From the NCBI GenBank assembly GCA_031458695.1, contig JAVKJW010000039.1, positions 1-19,468 of the forward strand: DNA of 19,468 nt. Reading direction: 5' to 3'. The notes below the pieces were generated by a model. That model saw nothing but the letters and a program-made list of their open reading frames with translations, had not been told where the DNA came from and did no database searches. This stretch comes from Candidatus Thermofontivivens primus (GTDB taxonomy: Bacteria; Sysuimicrobiota; Sysuimicrobiia; Sysuimicrobiales; Thermofontiviventaceae). Numbering within the stretch: position 1 is the first letter of the stretch; every line of letters begins with the position of its first letter. The translations under genes and the position numbers were made by a program. This document shows positions 10,811-17,784 of this stretch, piece after piece.

Positions 10811-11180
10811 TTCGGTGGTCGAGGTACAATTCGTTCTTGATGAAGCCGTATTAAGGCAAGTGGTCGAGGTCATCCGAGCCCAGGGGTGGAGAGAGGAAGA
10901 AGGCATCCGCATCCTCCTGGGATATGGATTCGCCGTTCATGCGGGGACCCCAAAGGATGATCTCCTGCACTCGCTTGGCGCTGCCCGCGGAGAGCTTGCC
11001 ACGCTCCGCCACCGGGCTTATGTGGCCGATGAGAGCATCCGTGCCCTGGAGATGAACATCACCGGCCTCACAGCATCCCTCGAGCAGGGGAAGCGATCCC
11101 TCATGGATCTGGAAGAGATCCTTACTTCCCTCCGCGCGCAGGTTCAAGCGATGGCAGTCAGGAATGAGGCATCAGGGTGA
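10803..11180 (+). CDS. Hypothetical protein; paralog-like of the upstream ORF (RHH-like plus coiled coil)
   Basis: Likely start MADSVVEV at ATG 10803 (125 aa), coupled to the upstream stop. Shares the G...EEG...L.G.G motif with the upstream ORF. Confidence 0.72.
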   Translation: MADSVVEVQFVLDEAVLRQVVEVIRAQGWREEEGIRILLGYGFAVHAGTPKDDLLHSLGAARGELATLRHRAYVADESIRALEMNITGLTASLEQGKRSLMDLEEILTSLRAQVQAMAVRNEASG

Positions 11181-11189
11181 GGACGAGCA

Positions 11190-11945
11190 ATGCGCATCCC
11201 ACGACGCCAGGCGAATCAGAAGAAGGCGATCCCCGGGGATGATCTCATCTTTGTGAAGGTGCGAGAAGCTCTTTCCTTCGGGGGTTGTCCGATCTGCTGG
11301 CTTGCAAACAGGGCAGCCCAGCGTTTCCTCGATGGTTTCCTGTATGAACGGGTGAACGACCCCGGGGCGAGGAAGGAATTCCTGACCTCGCGGGGATTCT
11401 GTTTGCACCATGCCTGGGCGCTCCAACAATTTTATGACGCGTTTGGTGTGGCAATTGTCTACCGCCACCTCCTGCAGGAACTTCTCCAGGAACTTCGGTT
11501 GTTCGCAGAAAGAACTCCGATCTCGGGCTTTCGGCGGGATGCCCGGGAATCAGCTGCACGCCTGAGGTCGGCCTTGCTCCCCAAGCGAGCCTGTCCTGCC
11601 TGCGAGGTTGCCCGGAGTACGGAAGAGACTGCGCTTGCGGCCCTCCTGGAGCGCCTGAACGATCTGGAAGTTCAGGAGCGGCTCAGTACCACCTCGTGGC
11701 TCTGCTTGCCCCACTTCCAGATGGGGGTGGCCATCGCCCGAGAAGCAACTCAGATCCGCCGCTTGGCCCAAATCCAGGTAGAGGTACTCCAGAACATTGT
11801 GGGGTCCCTCGGGGAGTTCATCCGCAAGCATGACTACCGCTTCAGCCACGAACCCATCACTGAGGAGGAAGCTACTTCCTGGGCACAAGCGATCCAGATG
11901 GTCGTAGGCAGAGATCCTATGGAGGTCCGTATCCGACGGAGATGA
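11190..11945 (+). CDS. DUF6062-like protein with two CxxC...CxxH repeats
   Basis: GCPIC...LYERVNDP..R......GFCLHHAW and CPAC...LCLPH, C-terminal EFIRKHDYRF..E.......SW..A. GAGGA RBS. Confidence 0.8.
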   Translation: MRIPRRQANQKKAIPGDDLIFVKVREALSFGGCPICWLANRAAQRFLDGFLYERVNDPGARKEFLTSRGFCLHHAWALQQFYDAFGVAIVYRHLLQELLQELRLFAERTPISGFRRDARESAARLRSALLPKRACPACEVARSTEETALAALLERLNDLEVQERLSTTSWLCLPHFQMGVAIAREATQIRRLAQIQVEVLQNIVGSLGEFIRKHDYRFSHEPITEEEATSWAQAIQMVVGRDPMEVRIRRR

Positions 11946-11956
11946 GTTCGAAAACG

Positions 11957-11985
11957 TTGACGATCGCAGGCAGGTGCGTTAGCAT
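11957..11985 (+). promoter_or_regulatory. Putative internal sigma70 promoter for hppA
   Basis: TTGACG-17 nt-TAGCAT in the intergenic region. Confidence 0.5.
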
Positions 11986-12076
11986 GAGGAAGCGACAGCA
12001 AACCAATTGCTTCCCCAGGGAGGTGAAGACTTGATCATAGGAGGTATAACCTCTACCGAGGTTATGCCTCAGGGAG

Positions 12077-14437
12077 ATGGGAATGATGAGCGAAGCCACG
12101 GTAACTCTGCCTCAATTCGGCGTCTTGGAAACCACCTTGCTCTGGGTGGTCTTGGCCACAAGCATCCTCGCGCTGGCGTACGGATGGTACCTCCGGCGAC
12201 GGGTACTGCAAAAATCGCCTGGCCCGGAGACCATGGTGGCGGTTTCCGCTGCAATCCAGGAAGGGGCTTTGGCCTATCTCGGTCGGCAGCTCCGCGCGAT
12301 GCTACCCGTCATCGTTCTCATCACGATAGGTCTTTACCTTCTGTACCGGCCGATCTATGCCGGCCGGCCGCTTTTGACCCTGGGCGTGGCGGGGGCATTC
12401 CTCCTGGGTTGTTTCGCCTCCTACGGAGCCGGGTTCGTGGGCATGACTTCGGCGGTGCAGGGAAACGTTCGGGTGGCCAACGCCGCGCGGAGAAGCTACA
12501 AGGAAGCCCTTGAGATCGCCTTCCAGGCTGGGACCATCTCGGGGATGTTCACTGTGGGCCTCGGGCTCCTGGGGGCAACCATCATGTTCATGCTCTTCCG
12601 GGAAGACGCCATGCGGGTCCTCGTGGGATTCGGGTTCGGCGGATCGCTCGTGGCTGCGTTTATGCGCGTGGGGGGAGGGATCTATACAAAAGCCGCTGAC
12701 GTCGGAGCAGACCTGGTGGGGAAAGTGGAGGTAGGCATCCCGGAGGACGATCCCCGGAACGCCGCGGTCATTGCCGACAACGTAGGGGACAACGTTGGGG
12801 ACTGCGCGGGAATGGCAGCAGATGTCTTTGAAAGCTACGAGGTCACCCTTGTCGCGGCCATCATCCTTGGCGCTGCCACGCTCCTTGACCCTCAGTTCGT
12901 TGCCCTCTACGGCGCAGCCGCCGCAGGTTTTGCCCTCAAGCTGATCATCTATCCGCTCCTTGTGCGCGCCATCGGGGTTGTAGCCTCTGTCATCGGCACC
13001 TGGAGCGTCCGGGCCAAGGATGAGGAGATTGGCGATCCCATGAAGCCCATCAACGTGGGATTCTGGGTATCGGCGCTTTTCTCCATCGCCGGGTTCGGCC
13101 TGGTGAACTACTTCTACCTCCGCGACCCTGTAACCGGTGCCCCGGATTTCCGGTTCTTCCTGGCGACCCTCACCGGGATCCTCCTCGCCCTGGTCATCGG
13201 CTGGCTCACCGAGTTGTTCACCCACGCGGATCGGGCTCCGGTCACGGAGATCGCCCACGCCACCAGGACAGGGCCAGCCACGATGCTCCTCACGGGGTTG
13301 GGCACTGGAATGGAGAGCACTGTCTGGGCGATCTTGGCCATCGCCCTGACGATTGGAGCCTCCATGGCTATCTTCAAAGGGAACCTGGCGCTCTCCGCCT
13401 ACGGCATCGCCCTTTCAGGGCTCGGTTTGCTCACCACTACCGGTTTCATTCTTGCCATGGACACCTATGGCCCCATCGTGGACAACGCCAACGGCATCTT
13501 TGAGATGTCGGGGGTGGAGCGGGGAGATACCCCTACCGGGCGCATCGTGGCCCGTCTCGATGCCGTGGGAAACACCACAAAAGCGCTCACCAAGGGATTT
13601 GCCATCGCTACCGCAGTCGTCGCGGCCATTGCCCTTTTCCGCTCGTTCATCGATGAAGCGCGACTCTTCGTGGATGTGCGCCAGCTTGCCGCCGCGGGTG
13701 TCGAACAGGCACAAGGGCTCCTCACCTCCGTGGGAATTCAGGTAAACCTCCCGCAGGTTTTCATTGGGTTGCTTATCGGGGGCGCGGTGCCGTTCCTCGT
13801 GAGCGCGTTCCTCATCCGCGCCGTCGGACGTTCCGCCTTTTTGGTGGTGGAGGAGGTCCGCCGGCAGTTCCGGGAGATCCCTGGATTGCTGGAGGGGAAG
13901 AGCCGCCCCGACTACTCTCGCGCGGTGGACATTGTGACGAAAGCAGCGCAACGTGAGTTGCTCAGCCCTGCCCTCATCGCCATCAGCGCACCCATCCTCG
14001 TGGGGTTCGCCCTCGGCCCCGCTTCCCTGGGGGCCTACCTTGCCGGGGCCATCCTCACGGCACAGCTCCTGGCCGTCTTCATGGCCAACACTGGAGGTGC
14101 CTGGGATAACGCCAAGAAGAAGATCGAGGAGGGCTACCTCGGAGGGAAGGGCACGGAGTATCACAAAGCCGCCGTCATCGGCGATACCGTGGGCGACCCC
14201 CTGAAAGACACCGCCGGACCGGCGTTGAACCCGCTCATCAAGGTCATGAACCTTGTGGCCATTCTCATTGCCCCTGTGGTGATTAGGCCCCTTCCCTTTG
14301 GGATACGCGCCGCGGTGGTCGTAGGGATGGCCCTGCTCATCGCCGTTGCCGTCTTTTTGAGCAAGCGGTCGCCCATCGAGATCAAGGCAGTGATGGCGCC
14401 TGAACCAACCGCAGCATCTTCAGATCCCCGGCCGTAG
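12077..14437 (+). CDS. hppA: Membrane-bound proton-translocating pyrophosphatase, K+-independent type
   Basis: GGGIYTKAADVGADLVGKVE, EDDPRN, DNVGDNVGD, GGAWDNAKK and GDTVGDPLKDTAGP motifs. GNTTKA carries the Lys diagnostic of K+-independent enzymes. Start may be ATG 12083 or 12086. Confidence 0.96.
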   Translation: MGMMSEATVTLPQFGVLETTLLWVVLATSILALAYGWYLRRRVLQKSPGPETMVAVSAAIQEGALAYLGRQLRAMLPVIVLITIGLYLLYRPIYAGRPLLTLGVAGAFLLGCFASYGAGFVGMTSAVQGNVRVANAARRSYKEALEIAFQAGTISGMFTVGLGLLGATIMFMLFREDAMRVLVGFGFGGSLVAAFMRVGGGIYTKAADVGADLVGKVEVGIPEDDPRNAAVIADNVGDNVGDCAGMAADVFESYEVTLVAAIILGAATLLDPQFVALYGAAAAGFALKLIIYPLLVRAIGVVASVIGTWSVRAKDEEIGDPMKPINVGFWVSALFSIAGFGLVNYFYLRDPVTGAPDFRFFLATLTGILLALVIGWLTELFTHADRAPVTEIAHATRTGPATMLLTGLGTGMESTVWAILAIALTIGASMAIFKGNLALSAYGIALSGLGLLTTTGFILAMDTYGPIVDNANGIFEMSGVERGDTPTGRIVARLDAVGNTTKALTKGFAIATAVVAAIALFRSFIDEARLFVDVRQLAAAGVEQAQGLLTSVGIQVNLPQVFIGLLIGGAVPFLVSAFLIRAVGRSAFLVVEEVRRQFREIPGLLEGKSRPDYSRAVDIVTKAAQRELLSPALIAISAPILVGFALGPASLGAYLAGAILTAQLLAVFMANTGGAWDNAKKKIEEGYLGGKGTEYHKAAVIGDTVGDPLKDTAGPALNPLIKVMNLVAILIAPVVIRPLPFGIRAAVVVGMALLIAVAVFLSKRSPIEIKAVMAPEPTAASSDPRP

Positions 14438-14458
14438 GAAAAAGGAGCCCCAGCCGGA

Positions 14459-15697
14459 TCAGGGAGTCAGTAGGCCGCTTACTGTGGTGATTTCAAGCCC
14501 GTACCGGCGCAGGATGCGGGTTATCACGGGCAAGACGCGTAACGTCCCCGGGATGCCCTGGTGGAGAAGGATAATTCCTCCGTTGGATGCACGGAGGAAG
14601 AGCCTTGTTTCCAGGACCTGGGGATCCAGGTTCAAGTAGTCCCCAGGATTGTCTGTCCAGAATACTGTGACTAGGCCAAACTGGCGGGCCACACGGAGCA
14701 CGGTGGCGTTGTAATCCCCACCAGGTGGCCGGAAGTACCTTGGTGCTTCTCCAGCGACACGAGCAATAGTCTCCTGAGTCCAATTGATCTCCTCCCACAC
14801 ACGCTCAGGAGGGAGGCGGGCGAGGTTTCCATGGTGGAAGGAGTGGTTTCCAACCTCGTGGCCGGCTTGGACGATGGCCTGTGCAAAGTAGGGATACTCT
14901 CTCACGTGCTGGCCAATTAGAAAGAACGTCGCCTTCACTCCAAGGCGGCTCAGGGTATCGAGAAGTAGCGGAGTATAGAGGGGGACGGGTCCATCGTCAA
15001 ACGTCAGTGCTACAGCGCGGCGCCTCGGGTCACCCCGGTAGAGCCTGCCCTCGATTGTCCCTCCCCTCACCCGTCCAATGATCCTCAACCAAAGCTCCTC
15101 CACTTGCTCCTGCACGAGCCCCCTGAACGTGGGTCGGTTCTCCTGGTACGACCAGGAAGGTGAAGAAGGCCTCCGGGATATACTTCGCAGCGGTGCTGGG
15201 TGCGCCAGCAAGGGGTCGAACCACACTCGGGGTAATGTCTTGAGCACACCTACCGGATCTGTCCTCTCAAGGCGCAAGAACTCCTCCCTGGACACTGCTG
15301 CGGTAAAGGTCGCCCCTCCCCCGCCCCGGAGGAACGGCACGCTCCCATTGGGATAAGCTGTGAGGTCGACCTCCCCCAGGGAGGGGACGGCTTCAAACGC
15401 TGTCCTCACGAGGTTCCAGGCATACCGCTCTATGAGGGAAGGAGCTTGCGGGGAAGCCACAGGTGAGGCGAAGACAAGCGAGGTGACCACGAGATGCCCA
15501 TTGCTATCGGCTGCGATCCGCCACACCCTCTCCTCCAAACCCCGCTGCTGGAGTGCTTTCAGGAGTGCCTCCTCAACAGATGGCAAAGTCCCAGCAAGGT
15601 GCGGATAAGGCTGAGGCATCTTGGCCTGTAAAGGCAGCTGCACGTGGAAGATCAAGACAAGCAAGATGACCATCAAGACAGCGGGACGGTGTTTCAT
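14459..15697 (-). CDS. Secreted polysaccharide deacetylase (CE4/NodB) with unrecognised N-terminal domain
   Basis: Signal peptide. C-terminal ALTFDDGP, HEVGNHSFHH, YFRPPGG, W..N..DY and GIILLH motifs. Confidence 0.9.
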   Translation of the reverse strand: MKHRPAVLMVILLVLIFHVQLPLQAKMPQPYPHLAGTLPSVEEALLKALQQRGLEERVWRIAADSNGHLVVTSLVFASPVASPQAPSLIERYAWNLVRTAFEAVPSLGEVDLTAYPNGSVPFLRGGGGATFTAAVSREEFLRLERTDPVGVLKTLPRVWFDPLLAHPAPLRSISRRPSSPSWSYQENRPTFRGLVQEQVEELWLRIIGRVRGGTIEGRLYRGDPRRRAVALTFDDGPVPLYTPLLLDTLSRLGVKATFFLIGQHVREYPYFAQAIVQAGHEVGNHSFHHGNLARLPPERVWEEINWTQETIARVAGEAPRYFRPPGGDYNATVLRVARQFGLVTVFWTDNPGDYLNLDPQVLETRLFLRASNGGIILLHQGIPGTLRVLPVITRILRRYGLEITTVSGLLTP

Positions 15698-15765
15698 AGA
15701 GACAAAATCTCCTCAACTTTGTTTCTGTCTGTGAGGAAGCGAAATCGAAAAGATATTTGGTTCCA

Positions 15766-16743
15766 TCATCCCAATGTGCTCCTCGTGCAGTGCAGGCGTT
15801 CACCTTCTGTGCCCTCAGGCAACGGCTCATCGAGGAAGAGCTCGTTCTTCTTGATGAAGCTATCGAGGAGGGCAAGCAGGAAAGGACTGTCTCTCTGGCT
15901 TCGATAAGCCCGCAGGGCTATTTCTTTTCTCTGCAAGGCTTTGGCGGAGAGGGAGTACATGGACCAGGAGGAAGAGAGGAACTGGGGTGGTGGAAGGAGG
16001 GGGTGGTGAGGGGTAGGGGCAAACGGGCGTGGATAGCCGTGGAAGTGTACCAGGTAGCCCATAAGGCGTACTCGAGGTTCCAGCCCGGAAATGGTCTCCC
16101 TGGTAAGGAGCCCAGCGGCCCGGTGGTCAGGATGGGCATCGAAGGTGATCGGCGCAATCACGATGGTGGGATGAACTCTGCAGAAGACCCACAGGAAATC
16201 GCGCCGCAGGTTCCCAGCCCTGTACGGAGCCCCTGGAGAGAGGGCTTCGGGGTAAGGGACCGTACTCTCTCCGGTCCTTCGGGAGACGTAGAGCATGCCC
16301 GGATGCGCCAGGATGTCCTGTAAGCCCCCATCAGGGTAACCCAGGAAGAAGAGATGATCGGGAGGAATCCCCAGGGTGGACATGGCTTCAACAGCCTCCC
16401 TCATCCGGATCCGTCCCTCCCGAAGGAGATCCCGCCGCCTTGGCCGGATGGTGTGATCGAGGACAGCGGCGCTAAAGCGATTCCCGTCGCCTGAAGTCAG
16501 ATAAACGATGAAGACTTGCGCTCCTGCTTCCACAGCGTCGCTTATAAACCCCGCAGCGCCAATGGCCTCATCATCGATGTGCGGCGCTACAATAAGGATT
16601 CGATCCAAACTCGTCGGAGGGGGAACCGTGGGGAAGCGGGCCTTTCTTGCCGGGACCGGCGAATACCAAAAGGAGAGGTAGATAAGGAGGAAAGCCGCGA
16701 ACCCGAAGACGAGCTTAGGGTTCAACGCACGTGGACGGTTCAT
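15766..16743 (-). CDS. PIG-L/LmbE family deacetylase with N-terminal membrane anchor
   Basis: APHIDDE, LTSGD, R..EA..A...LG, FLGYPDG, HPDH and K..AL..Y.SQ motifs. GGAGGAG RBS. Confidence 0.92.
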   Translation of the reverse strand: MNRPRALNPKLVFGFAAFLLIYLSFWYSPVPARKARFPTVPPPTSLDRILIVAPHIDDEAIGAAGFISDAVEAGAQVFIVYLTSGDGNRFSAAVLDHTIRPRRRDLLREGRIRMREAVEAMSTLGIPPDHLFFLGYPDGGLQDILAHPGMLYVSRRTGESTVPYPEALSPGAPYRAGNLRRDFLWVFCRVHPTIVIAPITFDAHPDHRAAGLLTRETISGLEPRVRLMGYLVHFHGYPRPFAPTPHHPLLPPPQFLSSSWSMYSLSAKALQRKEIALRAYRSQRDSPFLLALLDSFIKKNELFLDEPLPEGTEGERLHCTRSTLG

Positions 16744-16826
16744 CTCCTCCCCTCAACAGGATCGGGTTACTTTTCTTAGTTCTTAGTCCGAACCCGCTTT
16801 CCTCTCGAAGCATTGGAGGATCTGCA

Positions 16827-17444
16827 TCATGAGTTCCCTCTGACGTTCAATGGGGCCAGGATTCGAGAACCTGCTTCCTGTCTCCAGTACTGCAAAAAGC
16901 GAAGGATCCCAGATACGTAGATGACTGCCACCAGCCATCCGCCCAGGATGTCGCTTGGCCAGTGGAACCCCAGCGCCACGCGACCCACCCCGACGGCCAC
17001 AACATAGATGAGGAAGAAGAGGGAAAAGACTACACGCTGTGTTCTGGAGCGCCCTGACCACGCGTATCCTGCGATGAGCAGGAGAAGAGTCAAAGACGCG
17101 ATGGCGTGCCCACTTGGGAAAGCGAGTCCCTCTCCGAGTGGACGAGGCCTTCCAATGAGATGCTTCAGGATCCACTCGATGATCGGGATGGGAACCATGG
17201 CACCGATCACAGTCAAGGGGTGGACATATTTTCGGTGGAGCCAGGCCAAGAGAACAGTGAGACCAGCAATGGTGGGCACTCCTCCTGCGAAGGCACAGAA
17301 TCGGACGATGCCCTCTGGGAAAGCGCGCACAAGCATCATGATCTCCCTGTCCCCTGGGACCATCCCAAAGTGACGTATCCACAGGGAAAGGAAGACCAAT
17401 TTCCCAATGGCGGCTAGCCAGATCAGTCGGCGTTCGGATCTCAC
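16827..17444 (-). CDS. PAP2-family membrane phosphatase (undecaprenyl-PP/lipid phosphatase-like)
   Basis: C1 K.LIGRPRP, C2 FPSGH, C3 GRVALGFHWPSDILGG. GTGA overlap with tatA. Confidence 0.9.
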   Translation of the reverse strand: MRSERRLIWLAAIGKLVFLSLWIRHFGMVPGDREIMMLVRAFPEGIVRFCAFAGGVPTIAGLTVLLAWLHRKYVHPLTVIGAMVPIPIIEWILKHLIGRPRPLGEGLAFPSGHAIASLTLLLLIAGYAWSGRSRTQRVVFSLFFLIYVVAVGVGRVALGFHWPSDILGGWLVAVIYVSGILRFLQYWRQEAGSRILAPLNVRGNS

Positions 17445-17632
17445 GAGCGCTCCTGTCGGGAAGCCTCCTCCGGGTGTGGAGATTGCGCTCTCTGCTCTTC
17501 TCCCCCTTCCATCGCCCTGCGGAAGTCCCGGATGGTCTTGCCCAGGGCGCTACCAAGCCCAGCCAGCTTGGATGGCCCGAAGATGAGCAGGGCAATCAGG
17601 AGGATGATGATGAGGTCTTTCTCAATATTCAT
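17441..17632 (-). CDS. tatA: Twin-arginine translocase TatA/E subunit
   Basis: LIIILLIALLIFGPSKL..LG..LGK.IRDFRRA. AAGGAGG RBS. Confidence 0.92.
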   Translation of the reverse strand: MNIEKDLIIILLIALLIFGPSKLAGLGSALGKTIRDFRRAMEGGEEQRAQSPHPEEASRQERS

Positions 17633-17784
17633 GGGTTCCCCTCCTTCGCTATAGCCCCACTCTTACTAGCGCACAGGGGTCCTATCTGGTTCCACTCCTT
17701 TGGCCGTGGTCGGGGCGGGCAGTGCGTGAATCTTTATACTCCATCGGCAGGGAAGAAGGGAAGACCCATCGTATAGCACTCCTG

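Noticed and set aside
12302..14164. Long antisense ORFs (318 aa and 249 aa) opposite hppA, and similar ones opposite other genes
   Set aside because: Shadow ORFs expected from high-GC codon bias.
16783..17595. 270-aa minus-strand ORF
   Set aside because: Alternative frame over tatA and PAP2, which carry the real motifs.
17633..17784. Possible Mg2+ (M-box/mgtA leader) or second fluoride riboswitch before the ATPase
   Set aside because: No consensus match seen; only a TATACT -10-like box and a weak CCATC/GATGG pairing.
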